From NCBI GenBank assembly GCA_963720565.1, contig CAVRFW010000009.1, positions 384,001 to 448,000 of the forward strand: 64,000 nucleotides of DNA. Reading direction: 5' to 3'. The notes under the pieces are model-generated. The model saw only the letters and a list, made by a program, of their open reading frames with translations, did not search any database and was not told the DNA's origin. Source of the stretch: Candidatus Bathyarchaeota archaeon. GTDB lineage: Archaea > Thermoproteota > Bathyarchaeia > Bathyarchaeales > Bathycorpusculaceae. The translations under genes were made by a program, and so were the position numbers. Position 1 is the stretch's first letter. Each line of letters starts with the position of its first letter. This document shows, piece after piece, positions 19,451-30,849 of the stretch.

Positions 19451-20030
19451 CTAGATGAGCAGGTCTAAGAGAAAGCCGACGGCAAAGGCCAACACTCCGA
19501 AGGCCACCATTCTTACTCCTTTTTTGTAGGGGTTTGTTTTCCCGATTCGTCCCATATAGACTCCTGCGGCGAATAATGTGCTTAAGTGCTAGAGCAACAG
19601 AGATCCATGCGGCAGTGTCAATGCGTAGTAGGCCTGTGGCGGCGACGAGAAAGGGTGTGATTGTTATGGCGCACGAAAATAGGGGAGTTGCGAAGTTTAT
19701 CAGTGTGGCGAGCAGCACCGTTTTTCTTGCGGTTTTTTGGATGTTAGTGTCATCTAGATCTGTGAAGAGCGCTTTTTCAAGGTCTGAGATTTTTCGTTCC
19801 TGCTCAAGGCTTTCGGCCTCGTAAACGCTTACCCCTGTCGAGATGCCCAGGGCAAAGCTGGTTGTTAACATGGTAACTGTGATAACGGTCAATCCTGCGT
19901 CGGCGGCGAATGCTGAGCCTACGATTATGCCCAGCAGAATGAAGGTTGAGTCAAACAGCGTGTTAATGAAGAACCTGCGGATTATGGGACCGACGCTTTC
20001 GCGTTCAAGCGTTTCTCGCAGACCATTCAT
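19451..20030 (-). CDS. VIT1/CCC1-like (TIGR00267-type) membrane protein, frameshift near 19585
   Basis: RRFFINTLFD, ALGISTGVSVYEAE; C-terminus TLFAAGVYMGRIG... in another frame. Confidence 0.75.
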
Positions 20031-20200
20031 GACGCTGTCCCCTTCTTTAGTAGAATCAACATTGATGTGGCTATGATTATTCTCGTTTATTTTTGTTTCC
20101 CTTATGCTTCGCTCTCAGATAAAGCGTGCGCTTAGAAATGCCGCCGCAAAAAAATTGCAAGCTGTCCATATGTATTGCTTTCCCAGTGCAAATTCTATAG

Positions 20201-20275
20201 CGGGCCCGACGGGAATTGAACCCGCGACCCCCGGATTAAAAGTCCGGTGCTCTAGCCTGACTGAGCTACGGGCCC
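20201..20275 (-). tRNA. tRNA-Lys(UUU), intron-less, no encoded CCA
   Basis: GGGCCCGTAGCTCAG...CCGGA CT TTT AA TCCGG...GGTTCAATTCC...CGGGCCCG; TTATAA box about 20 bp upstream. Confidence 0.95.
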
Positions 20276-20668
20276 TTGTATGCGTTTTGTGCTTATAAGA
20301 AAAGCAAGGAAGGGGTTTTTTAGCGTTTCTATTCGATAACCTAGAATAGAAGAGTTAAGGGGGCAACTCCCTCGCCTTTCGAGAGAATGAAACTACATTG
20401 TTGCCCTCGGGTTTCTTGTGCTTGTGTTTCACAGAAAACTATTGCAAAACAAGCCACATATTGTTTTTGCCTGAATCGATTTTCGGAGGAATATGTTTGG
20501 AAAAATTTCAACATTTAGTTATATAATTAATTCGAGATGGATAGGATTTTAAACGCATTGTTTCGATTTTCATGGTGTCTGCAGCTGTTTCTACTATTCA
20601 GCGATATATGTGCATGTTAACAAACGTTATTTCTTCTTTTATGATTAAAAAAAGCCACGGTGCCATAA

Positions 20669-21898
20669 TTGATTTCGTGGAAATACTCCTTTAAACGTTT
20701 AAACGAAGAATATGAAATAGCAAAGAAAAAGAAGCGAGCCTTGGACAGCTTATTCGAAACAGGCAGGATTTCACAGACTACGCGTGACTCATTTGATAGT
20801 GACCTGACTAGTGCCATTGCTGAAATTGAAAAACAACAAAAAGATCTCGTTGTTAAAATGCAAGGTAAAGTTCATGAGCTTGAGAATCAAGTTAAAACGT
20901 TGGAGACTCTTCTTGCCAATTACGAAATACAGCATGTGGTTGGCGAGATTGAAGAGGAAGTCTACCAGCGTGAAATAAGCCTTCTCACTAATGGACTTGA
21001 CACTGCAAAACATGAACTGGAAAACATAAAAGATGCTACAAAACAGCTGTGCTCCCCTGTGGAAACCCCTGTAATAGCTTCTCCTCCTGTTGCAGTTCAA
21101 GAAATCGAACCTGTGATAGCGGAAAACCCAGTGGAAGTAAAAGCTGAAAACATTGCTGAAGCAGCCCAGGAAATCGTTTCAGATGCTCCAACCGATGTCA
21201 TCGTCACACCCGAACCTGCTGCAGTTGAGCTTTGTCCTCCTGAACCAGTGATAGCTGAAGAAGCAGTATCGCCCGTACCGATAATTGCAGAACAAGAAGT
21301 AATAGTACCCCCAATTGCACTATCTGAGGAAACTGTTCCAGAAGTGCCAGTAGAAGTGCCAGTAGAAGTGCCAGTAGAAGTGCCAGTAGAAGTGCCAGTA
21401 GAAGTGCCAGTAGAAGTGCCAGTAGAAGTGCCAGTAGAAGTGCCAGTAGAAGTGCCAGTAGAAGTGCCAGTAGAAGTGCCAGTAGAAGTGCCAGTAGAAG
21501 TGCCAGTAGAAGTGCCAGTAGAAGTGCCAGTAGAAGAGTTTTCGCCAGATATGGAGGCTGAAATGCCCTCAACCGAAGAGACAACTGTGGAATCAGAAGT
21601 AGCATCACCTTTGGAAGACGCACAGGAAACTGTTGATGACCAGGTTCAAGATCTTGAGATATCACCCCAAATCGTGGAAGCGAGCTACACAGAAGATCTG
21701 TCGCCAGTGGTGGAGATAACAGAAACAGATGAAATAGTTACAGCTGTAGAGGCGGGTGAAGAGGCCCACCCTCAGGTAGCGCCCAAGGAGGCGCAACCAG
21801 AAGCAATCGTAGAACTTGGAACGGACGAGGAAAACAGGGCAGAAGAAACGACCGCAACCGAAGAAACAAGCACAGAAAACGCTGAAAACTCAGCCTAA
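20669..21898 (+). CDS. CdvA-like coiled-coil protein with long acidic low-complexity tail
   Basis: KKKRALDSLFETGRIS...EIQHVVGEIEEEVY resembles the CdvA coiled coil; E/V/P-rich tail. Confidence 0.7.
   Translation: MISWKYSFKRLNEEYEIAKKKKRALDSLFETGRISQTTRDSFDSDLTSAIAEIEKQQKDLVVKMQGKVHELENQVKTLETLLANYEIQHVVGEIEEEVYQREISLLTNGLDTAKHELENIKDATKQLCSPVETPVIASPPVAVQEIEPVIAENPVEVKAENIAEAAQEIVSDAPTDVIVTPEPAAVELCPPEPVIAEEAVSPVPIIAEQEVIVPPIALSEETVPEVPVEVPVEVPVEVPVEVPVEVPVEVPVEVPVEVPVEVPVEVPVEVPVEVPVEVPVEVPVEVPVEEFSPDMEAEMPSTEETTVESEVASPLEDAQETVDDQVQDLEISPQIVEASYTEDLSPVVEITETDEIVTAVEAGEEAHPQVAPKEAQPEAIVELGTDEENRAEETTATEETSTENAENSA
21341..21532 (+). repeat. Perfect 12-bp tandem repeat GAAGTGCCAGTA x16 encoding (EVPV)16
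   Basis: Counted directly, in frame. Confidence 0.95.
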
Positions 21899-22040
21899 AC
21901 CTAGAAAGTAATATTCTTCCTTTTTTCTTTGTAGAACCAAAATCTGTTTTCAATTGTTATTTGGGCACAACACTACTTTGGATCCTATACAAAACCAAGG
22001 TTTAGAGCCCTGACTGGTTACCATCCAGATAGTTCTGCAG

Positions 22041-22457
22041 TTACATGTGCCTTCTTATGTTCATTGCGACCTGCTGAAGCTTTTCCCTGTTTACGTTGGG
22101 TCTCTCCGAAAATCGTCCCATCCTCTGACCCTCATATCTTGGAACTACGTGAATATGAAAATGAAGAATTTCCTGATCAGCTGCCTTTCCATTTTGCTGG
22201 AATATGCTGATTCCATCTGCTTTCGTAGTTTCTTTGACGGCGATAGCGATTCGCTTAGAAATGCTGTGTAGATAAGCGAGAAGTTCCGCCGGGATTTCAA
22301 AGATGTCTTTATGGTGCTCCTTGGGGATAACAAGTGTATGACCTTCGTTGAGTGGGTTTATGTCAAGAAATGCCATAGCAGTCTCGTCTTCGTAGACAAT
22401 GTTTCCAGGTGATTGTTTTTGGACTATTCTGCAAAAAATGCATGAGTCATCGTTCAT
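22041..22457 (-). CDS. HIT family hydrolase
   Basis: CIFC, AFLDINP..GHTLVIPK, HFHIH. Confidence 0.92.
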   Translation of the reverse strand: MNDDSCIFCRIVQKQSPGNIVYEDETAMAFLDINPLNEGHTLVIPKEHHKDIFEIPAELLAYLHSISKRIAIAVKETTKADGISIFQQNGKAADQEILHFHIHVVPRYEGQRMGRFSERPNVNREKLQQVAMNIRRHM

Positions 22458-22771
22458 GAAGGTCACCGCTACACAATTATCAATTGGCACTCTTAGATAT
22501 TACGCCATACTTGCCTCGACAGTTCATCTATAGTGCGCGCGTTTGTCGGCTGCAGCGACTTGTCGCATAATTTTGTCCATTTGATGGTTCCGATCACGTT
22601 GACTATGGGTTTGTTTCAACAGAATAGCAGATTTCAGAGTCGTGATTCATGTTCATAGGTGGTACTTGTTGACTCTGAAATTGAAACAGTGAATATGAAT
22701 CTTAACTAAAGCCATATCATTCAACGAATGCACACTAGGCTTAAATATAGTTCAAGTTCCTTAGTGAATCC

Positions 22772-23560
22772 GTGGTGCCTTTGGCAAGAGACGGTAACGA
22801 GGCTGTTGAGCTTAGAGGTGTGGTGAAACGATACCACGAGATTTTGGCTGTGAATCAACTTGATTTGAGTATTCAAGCAGGCGAAATCTTTGGCCTTCTT
22901 GGACCGAACGGTTCAGGCAAGTCAACAACTCTGAAAATGATTCTAGGTCTAGTAACGCCCGACTCGGGGTCAATCAATGTTCTTGGGATTGACGTGCAAA
23001 AAGACGCCGTCGCCGTGAAGCAACAAGTCGGCTACGTTCCCGAATCTCCACGATTATATGAATTCTTGACTGGAATAGAATATTTGGATTTTATCGGAGA
23101 CATCTATGGGATGCAGGTCGAGGAGAAGAAGAATCGAATTACTGAATACCTTAGAGCTCTCCAACTTGAAGGTCGAGAAGGCGATATGATTACCAGTTAC
23201 TCTGATGGGATGAAACAGAAGATTGCCTTAATCTCAGCGTTTCTGCACAAGCCCAAACTCTTAATTCTAGACGAACCATTGAGTGCCTTAGACCCACGAT
23301 CCGCAAGGATAGTAAAGGATTTCTTGCAGGAACTAAAGGCGCAAGGCGTAACCACCGTTATGTCAACACATGTGCTTGAGATAGCTCAAGCTATATGCGA
23401 CCGAATAGGGATTATGTACCAAGGAAGACTCTTAGCACTAGGTAATATGAAGGAGTTAAGGGAGATGTCAAAGCTTCCAGATTCGGGTCTTGAAGATATT
23501 TTCTTGAAGCTAACGGGGACGGGAGATACCCGAGCTATCGTCGAGGAACTCCTGAAATGA
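22772..23560 (+). CDS. ABC exporter ATPase
   Basis: GPNGSGKST, YSDGMKQK, LDEP. Confidence 0.92.
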   Translation: MVPLARDGNEAVELRGVVKRYHEILAVNQLDLSIQAGEIFGLLGPNGSGKSTTLKMILGLVTPDSGSINVLGIDVQKDAVAVKQQVGYVPESPRLYEFLTGIEYLDFIGDIYGMQVEEKKNRITEYLRALQLEGREGDMITSYSDGMKQKIALISAFLHKPKLLILDEPLSALDPRSARIVKDFLQELKAQGVTTVMSTHVLEIAQAICDRIGIMYQGRLLALGNMKELREMSKLPDSGLEDIFLKLTGTGDTRAIVEELLK

Positions 23561-25251
23561 ATTGGAAGAACGTGCTTAGCCTAATTCGAGTTGACAGAAA
23601 ATCTGGCAGACTCATTAGAGGGCAGAAGCTGACACGATACCGCGAGAACTTCTTTTTTGCATACTGGCCTTACTGGGTTGCTCTAGGTGTGGGGCTTGCT
23701 GTCGGCTTGCTGGTCGGTGTCGTTTACAACTCTGTCGCCGCGTCTGACCTGAGTGTTGCAAACGAGTTTCACCAGTATGCACAGAGTTTTTTCTTTTCTT
23801 TGCCAACCTTGGTGCTGGTTTACAGTCTAGTTTTCACGTTGTTGCAGCAAATTCAAAAAAGCGGGGTCAAGGTCTCTTCTCAGGTGCCGTACTGGCTACC
23901 TGTAACATGGCAAGAACACACTCTAGCTTCCATCTTAGCTAGTCTCTTAGGTTTTCCACTTGCCTCGGTTGTATTCATTGCATCAGCAATCATAGTCTTC
24001 TCCTTCTTCATTGGGTTATTAATCCCTGCGCTTGCAGCTTCATTGGCAGTATGTGCATCGGCTTTCATAGCCAGTGCTATTACCGAAATTCTTAGAATAC
24101 TGCAGGTGCGATTTATCGGCGCAGTCTACAAGTCCACAGGGCGTGCGGCAGTGTGGGTTCGGTTTGTTGGCTCATTACTTTTTTTTGTTGTTTTCTATGT
24201 TCTCTATTTCTACGTAGTTTCTGGGTCTGGAGCAATTACATTCATTCAAACTGTGGCTTCAACCCAGAATGCAATCTGGTTTGTGCCTTTTGTATGGCTG
24301 GGACTGACACTCTATTCCTTCGCAATCGGGATGCTTCTTCAAGGACTCGTTTTTCTGGTTCTGTCTCTGGTATTTATCTTAGCCTTGTTTCTCCTTGCGT
24401 TTTATTTAAACCGCAAATTCGGGCTTTATGAGCAACCTGCAATAACGGTTTCCCGCGGAGTCTATGCTCCCAAAACCGGCTTGTTGGGCAAGCTGGGCTT
24501 CTCCTTGACAGAAGCAGCAATTGTCCGGAAAGATTTGAAAGCTTTCACGCGGCGTCGAGAGTTAATGACCATTTTCATTATTCCAATTGTACTCATACTC
24601 GTACCCATAATGCAGACGATGGGTCAAACCTCAGAACCTATGCCTCAACAGGTTTCTATTTTCCTAACCGCTATGACAATCCTTATGCCCGCATCTGTTA
24701 TGGCTATGAGCTTAGGCACATTCATGATAGGCGAGGAAGGACAAGCCGTTTGGCGAATATATTCCTCGCCATTATCAGCACGGGGCTTGGTGAAGAGCAA
24801 GTATTTCCTCACCATTTTCTTCGCGCTCATCGTGCTCCTGATCACCGGAATCTTCGGAATAGTATTCTACAATCCGTCATTTAGGGCTACTGCAATAGCG
24901 TTTTCCGAAGCTGTTTTCTTAGTCTTCACTCTGGGAGCAATTTCTCTGTCGAACGGCATAAGCGGCGCTGATTTTACGGAAACACCCAGACCTAAGCTGA
25001 TTCGTCAGTCAACCAGCTTACTTAACCTAGTCGAATGTCTCTTAGCTGGCGTTGCCGTATTGGCACCCTTCATTCCGTACATAATATCCTCCACAATTTC
25101 AGCCTTCATGCCTAGCCTAAACTTCGGTGCTGTCTTGGATCCTACCTTAGCAGCTATCATAAGCGGGGTTATCTCCGTTGTTCTGACAGCGTTTTTCTAT
25201 CGCGTTTCTCTCAGAAAGGCAAGGAAACTCTTATCAAAAGCAGAAATCTAA
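23557..25251 (+). CDS. ABC exporter permease (multi-TM)
   Basis: Overlaps ATPase stop; KDLKAFTRR, EEG motifs. Confidence 0.8.
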   Translation: MNWKNVLSLIRVDRKSGRLIRGQKLTRYRENFFFAYWPYWVALGVGLAVGLLVGVVYNSVAASDLSVANEFHQYAQSFFFSLPTLVLVYSLVFTLLQQIQKSGVKVSSQVPYWLPVTWQEHTLASILASLLGFPLASVVFIASAIIVFSFFIGLLIPALAASLAVCASAFIASAITEILRILQVRFIGAVYKSTGRAAVWVRFVGSLLFFVVFYVLYFYVVSGSGAITFIQTVASTQNAIWFVPFVWLGLTLYSFAIGMLLQGLVFLVLSLVFILALFLLAFYLNRKFGLYEQPAITVSRGVYAPKTGLLGKLGFSLTEAAIVRKDLKAFTRRRELMTIFIIPIVLILVPIMQTMGQTSEPMPQQVSIFLTAMTILMPASVMAMSLGTFMIGEEGQAVWRIYSSPLSARGLVKSKYFLTIFFALIVLLITGIFGIVFYNPSFRATAIAFSEAVFLVFTLGAISLSNGISGADFTETPRPKLIRQSTSLLNLVECLLAGVAVLAPFIPYIISSTISAFMPSLNFGAVLDPTLAAIISGVISVVLTAFFYRVSLRKARKLLSKAEI

Positions 25252-25338
25252 ATATAAATAAAAATCGGAAACTATCTTAAATTGACACCTTATCGACGAG
25301 AGATCGTTTAGATAAGCGGGCAGAATGTCCTGCCCATG

Positions 25339-26088
25339 CTAATGTCGCCTTTTCCGTATTGCAGAGCGCTTCTTGTAAACAATCAATGCTAACAACGCTG
25401 CAACAATTAATATCGGTATGACAAGTGCAACTATCGGGAATTCCGGAACATCCCAGGCGTTTGAGTCTATTATTTTCCAGGTAATCGTCTCTGAGTATTC
25501 TGGATTAGTGTACGTTTTGTAGTCATAGAGTTCGACCAGCATTCCCGTTTGCTTGTCAAAATGAACGGTCATGTAATCACTGTAAGTTCTATTGGTGTTG
25601 TCGGTGCTTGCGAATTCCCCGGTAACCAAGTATCGATTCGTTTCTCTTTTGTTATCTCCAAAATCTCTCGTAGAGGAAGCATTAACCTTTATCATGTCCG
25701 GGCCGTAGGGGTGAATTTTGTCTCCAACGTTTAGGTTTGTAGGGAAGACCGCCCAGAACCAGTACGTGTACATTCCTGTGCCTACATCGATTTCACTGTC
25801 AGTTTCAGATACAGTTCCATTTGTGAAACGCCAAACAATATGCATAGAAACGTCTGCATCAAGGACCTTGGTAATATTCACTTGCACGTACTCAGTTGAA
25901 TTCAAATCAAGAATGCTGTCCGAAATAACTGCGGTCGCATTGCTAGAACTCCAAAATCCTTTTACCTCGTATGTAAATGTGTTCCCAACGCGTACTCCAG
26001 GCTGCGCAATTTGAGCTAGTGTTGCTTCACCCATCACGAAGCATAGGAGTGCCAAGAGCAAGACCACAATTGCCATTTTCTTAGTCAT
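25339..26088 (-). CDS. Secreted protein with PEF-CTERM-like sorting tail
   Basis: Signal peptide; many NxS/T sites; VPEFP + TM + KKR. Confidence 0.8.
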   Translation of the reverse strand: MTKKMAIVVLLLALLCFVMGEATLAQIAQPGVRVGNTFTYEVKGFWSSSNATAVISDSILDLNSTEYVQVNITKVLDADVSMHIVWRFTNGTVSETDSEIDVGTGMYTYWFWAVFPTNLNVGDKIHPYGPDMIKVNASSTRDFGDNKRETNRYLVTGEFASTDNTNRTYSDYMTVHFDKQTGMLVELYDYKTYTNPEYSETITWKIIDSNAWDVPEFPIVALVIPILIVAALLALIVYKKRSAIRKRRH

Positions 26089-26251
26089 TCTGCATCGTTG
26101 CAGTATGCAACACACTTGGTTTTTATACTTTTTGGGAAAACCAAAAAGATTCGAAGTCGTCAAGCCATGTGGACTCTCACTGCAGGTGCTCGAGTTTTCT
26201 CCTAAAGAAAATCGTCACAGAGTGTTGGGGCTGTGTAGCGTTTTGTCTTTT

Positions 26252-27499
26252 CTATTGGCCATATACGCCTGTCTTGATTTTTTCAACAAGCAGTTCCACA
26301 TATTCTATAGGCCAAACATCATCGCACACGTCGTCTGTCAGTATGTTGCGCTGATGATAGAATGGAATCAGATCATTCTTAAGCAGCAATATCAGGAGGA
26401 ACTCCTGCCCATAAGTTCGTTTGAAAAGAGAGTATTTGGAAGATTGTTTTCTGGACATCTCATAGTGAGGTTCCAAAATGATCTTTCTACCCTGTATAGA
26501 CTTGTCAAGGATGAAATCAGGAGTGTATATGTCGCCGGGTAATGGAAAACTGATTGTTTCGTAACCGTAAGGGATTCTCATTTTTGAAAGCGTAATCGCT
26601 GTTTTTTTCTCCCATCCGCTCTTGTAACGGCTTAATTTCTGGTAATAGGCATGTGGCTGTCCAGTTACTTCGTGCATATGGTCGAAGAATTTCAGTGCAT
26701 CCTTCAAAGTATTTCTGTTCAGGTTTTTTTGTTTTAGCCATCTTCCTAGCAGAAAAAACGGGTAATCAACCTTCGCAGGGTCTTGAGGAAAGAGTTGTTT
26801 AGCAAAGCTCGTGATAGTCTCACAAGCCTTCATCGCGCTGTACTCGTCTCTCCAGAGAAATGGCGAAGCTGAGTTTATCAGGCCTAAACTGGTCGCCACA
26901 CTCGCGTTCTCTCTTGTAAGCGGAACGTAGAGGTCCTGAGGCGAAAAGTGATTGAAAATTCCCAGGTCAGGTTCAGGACGCACCATCCACCTCATGTAGA
27001 TCCACGCTTTCTCTTTGTATGGCCCGCTCATTTTCTCAATGTTGCGGGCGATGTCTTCGACAAATTCTTTGGGTTTCGTGAATTTGTGGGATTGTTTTAT
27101 TAGGTCTTTTTCTGTTGTGTTTCTAACATACTCGTTGACAGAAGTCAAGATTTCAGGTATTTTTTCCCTTAAGCGCCCCAAATCACGGTAAAACTCGCAT
27201 TTAATAATTTCTTCTTGAAACATGTGAGGTTTGCGAATCTCGAGGAGTCGATTATCATATTTCTGGTGAAGATGTACTAGGATTCTTCTTGCATTTTCAG
27301 AGAATCCTATGGTGTTGTCGTCAAGCATTGACGCTGCGAGCAGGAAATAGTGTGCTGCTTTCTTCCTTTCTTCGTAGTCATTGGAGTATGGGTTTAGGAG
27401 TAGCTTTGGGCTCATTCGGCGGTCCCATTGGACGTCAACGACGTTGGAATTCATGTTTACAAATTTCAATAATAATGATAGCAATTCGTCGTTTGCCAT
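26252..27499 (-). CDS. DUF2400 (HhH-like) domain fused to a PD-(D/E)xK T7-endonuclease-I-like nuclease
   Basis: YMRWMVR..DLG...VPL...DPAKVDYPFF, then YKSGWEK...YET...YTPDF...LEPH. Confidence 0.7.
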   Translation of the reverse strand: MANDELLSLLLKFVNMNSNVVDVQWDRRMSPKLLLNPYSNDYEERKKAAHYFLLAASMLDDNTIGFSENARRILVHLHQKYDNRLLEIRKPHMFQEEIIKCEFYRDLGRLREKIPEILTSVNEYVRNTTEKDLIKQSHKFTKPKEFVEDIARNIEKMSGPYKEKAWIYMRWMVRPEPDLGIFNHFSPQDLYVPLTRENASVATSLGLINSASPFLWRDEYSAMKACETITSFAKQLFPQDPAKVDYPFFLLGRWLKQKNLNRNTLKDALKFFDHMHEVTGQPHAYYQKLSRYKSGWEKKTAITLSKMRIPYGYETISFPLPGDIYTPDFILDKSIQGRKIILEPHYEMSRKQSSKYSLFKRTYGQEFLLILLLKNDLIPFYHQRNILTDDVCDDVWPIEYVELLVEKIKTGVYGQ

Positions 27500-27641
27500 G
27501 CCTTCACTCCTCTTGCTATAATGTGCGAAATGGCTTAATAACAAATACGTATGCCTAGCCCAACTTCCCGTTAAAACCAAATTGAAAACGGAATGTATAG
27601 CTTGATATAGCAGAAGAATCAAGAAAAGGAAATGCAGAGTA

Positions 27642-30561
27642 TTATTTCTGTTTCTCCTTGTCTTCCCAAAATTCTTTTGTGCGCAAATATTGAATTTTGG
27701 CTTTGATTAAGTCAAGATAAAAATCATCTTGGTTTGGGTGCATCTTACCTAGAATTCTTGAGGCCGTCTCGGGTCCGACACCTTTGACCTGTAAGGCTCT
27801 CAAGGCCTGTTTCCCGTAACTCAGCAGCAAATCCGCTTTGCGTCTTGCCTGCGTGAGTTCTTTAAGCTCTTCGGGGTTCAGCTGTTTGTTTTCACGTCTC
27901 CTGAGCAGGAATTCTTTCAGACGGTTTTCGTCTTGGCCGTGATATGTCACTGTTAAGAGATTTGAACCGCACTTTCCACAAGCTGGCTTTTCAGGCAGGT
28001 CTTTGACTCTAAACTGGCTTGTCCACTCAGCGCAGTTCATGCATAACAACGTAACCATTCGTGCTTCGATGGAGTTTCTCATTTTGTCAATATTGCTCAG
28101 AATCACACGTTCGGGCGCCATCAACTCGGAAATATCCGCGTATTGGGATAGAATATGGTACGCCAGCGGAGTTGGCTTCTCGGACCTGACCACAGTGTTG
28201 ACAACAATCTTTCCCTCCTTCACGTTATGCAATATCTGTTTAACTTTTGGCAAGTCAGCCTTCTCAAGCATCGCTTCGCGTAACGTTTCATCGTAAATCG
28301 GAGTACCCTCAAACGCAGCTTTCAACGTTGCCAGTCGTTCGTAACTCATGGTTTTCCCTCGTGGCAGCGCGCCGAACCTTTCAGCCACAAACTTCATCTT
28401 GTACGCGAAAGGAAACTTGGCTTTCACAGTATTTTCCGAAGGCAGCATCTGCTTCTTCATCCGTAAGATTGAAAAGCCATCCAACCATGTTCCCAATTTC
28501 ATACTTTGATATTTTTCTGGGAGTCTCTACAAGGATGCGGTAGCCATCTGCCCACCAGCCCGTAATAACTTCTCTCTCTGAGAGGACTGAGTCGATGATT
28601 CCTCCCAGAGTCTTGTTGACTATCTCACCGAAACATGCGTGAACAATCAAGTATTTATCGAATGCTTCAACAAGTATCCGACCGTCCGTGGGCAAAGGTA
28701 CGCCTTCCTTCAAGTGTTCTTCGATTTCTTTCACGGTTTCCATGAGTGTTGCTTTGTCAGTTTTTAGTTCTTCAGAAATTTCTTCGGCAACTTGCTCCGA
28801 GCTCTTGTTCTTCCCTAGCATTTTGCCTATTCTATCGCGGGAAGAGCCAGTTTGCTGTGCCAACTCGAATGGTACTGGCAGTATTTCTCCGTCCCAACCT
28901 GGAATTGCAGCGAAAGGATCTTCAGCGGGAAGAACGTGAACGGTTCCTGTTTCTTCTTCGATTTGTATTATTCGCCAGACTTTTCCTCGCATAATGAAGT
29001 GGAGACCTATGCGCGCGTCGAGCGCCATGAATTCATCGCCCAAAGAGCCGATTTTTCTATCCGATAACACGTTTATGACTGGATAGCGCCTCTCGTCGGG
29101 AATCATGCTCAAATTTCCATAGTAGTACTCCCGTGTTCTCCCTGTTCTCCTCAAAACTTTGCCTTCTGGATCCAAACGCAATTTGTTTAGATTTTCTAGA
29201 AAGTCTATTACGTTGTGCAGCTTCCTGCTGGGAAACCTTCGGTAAGGATAAGCCCTACGTACAATTGCAGTCAGCTCTTTCAGCGTTATGCTTTGATTGT
29301 CGAGCAGGATTCCCGCGATCTGATGAGCTAAAACATCCAATGCGTTCTCGTGAAACAATACTGGCTCAATCCGATTTTCAACTGCATTGTTCACAGCGGC
29401 AATAGACTCCAAAGTGTCATCAGAGTAAACCGTGACTATCACGCCTTCGGAAAGTCTTTCCAGACTGTGACCGCTTCTTCCTACTCTTTGGATTAAGCTG
29501 TTGACTTGTCTGGGCGACATGTACTGGATAACCAAGTCCACATTGCCGATGTCTATGCCGAGCTCTAAAGTGCTTGTGCAGATGATTGCTTTTAGCAATC
29601 CAGCCTTGAACTGGTCTTCGATACTCACCCGTTCTTCCTTCGAGAGGGAACCGTGATGAACTGCTATGTCTTGACGGTTTAGCTGACTGAACTTGTGTCC
29701 AAGCATTTCAGCGAGGGTGCGGCTGTTAACAAATACAAGAGTTGAATTGTGGCTGTCTATGAGCTCAGTTAATCGTCTTATTCGGGCGGCAGCTTCTGGA
29801 CTGGTTTCCAGTTTTCCTGCTGTTTCATAATCAGCTTCTGTGGGTGCAGGGCTCTCTATACGGTACTCATATTTCTTGGATAGAACAGATTGGATGATGT
29901 CTACAGCTCTTTTTGTTCCACAGATAAATTTAGCTACTTCTTCCGGGTTGCCAACTGTAGCGGACAAGCCAATTCTCTGAAACTCGTGCTGCGTGACTTC
30001 CTTTAAGCGTTCAAGCGCTATGGTTAATTGGATGCCGCGCTTGCTCTCAGCAAGCTCGTGCACCTCATCGATAATAACGTATCGGACGTTGGCCAGATGT
30101 TTGCGAAACTGTGATCCTGGAAGAACCGCTTGCAGCGTTTCTGGCGTTGTAACAAGAATTTGTGGTGGTTGGCGAGCTTGTTTTCTACGTGTTTTTGTTT
30201 CGGTGTCCCCATGCCTGACTTCAACTTTTATTTCTAGTTGCTCTGACCAGAACTTTAAGCGTTTGAGCATGTCCCGGTTTAATGCTCTTAGCGGCGTGAT
30301 ATAGATGACCTGTATGCCATTTTTTGTTTTTTCTGGATGTTCGCATAGCTCTGAAAAAATTGGAAGAAGAACAGCTTCGGTCTTCCCAGTACCAGTTGGT
30401 GCGATAAGCAGCACGTTCTTGCCCTTTAAAATGGAGGGAAAAGCCATGCTTTGAGGCAGTGTGGGCTTCGAAAACCCAAGTTCAGCCAACACCTTGCGGA
30501 CGGGCTTTGCAAGTAAATCGAAGGCAGAACTGTCATCCTTAAGCATAGTTACACGTGCCAA
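27642..30561 (-). CDS. lhr: Lhr-like SF2 helicase, split by one frameshift near 28430
   Basis: APTGTGKT, DEVH, GLSAT, HHGSLS, LELGIDIG, QRVGRSGH; C-terminal Zn finger and GVGPETA. Confidence 0.85.
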
Positions 30562-30849
30562 GACAACTACTGACTATGTACGTTTTATCTTTTTATCTAT
30601 GTTTCAGACGCGGCAAAGATCGAAAACCATTCCCTCAACCACCTCCACCGCTATAGATCCGAGAAAAGACTCCGACTTCCGCCCTACCGTACTATGAGAT
30701 CGCCAATCAGGCTAACCAGCGCTTGCTACAGTTTCGTAGTGCCCGCATCTTCGTCTTAAGTCTGCTGGATTTACTGCTCTAAGATTAGCGTTGTTGCCCC
30801 TGTGTCGGAACTCTTCTCGGCAGATTTTTCCAAAAGCTGGAATTTCGCG

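Noticed and set aside
20201..20275. tRNA-Lys as integration site of a mobile element
   Set aside because: No duplicated tRNA 3' end and no integrase seen in the window
20359..20408. GGGCAAC...GTTGCCC stem upstream of the tRNA as an ncRNA
   Set aside because: Short stem only, no recognisable motif or promoter
21341..21532. Repeat array as CRISPR
   Set aside because: Head-to-tail 12-bp units with no spacers, in frame in a CDS; no cas genes
21204..21665. Antisense (LLAL)n ORF, similar shadow ORFs over the Hsp20 repeat, and most short overlapping ORFs in the track
   Set aside because: Reverse or alternate frames of real genes and stop-free repeats
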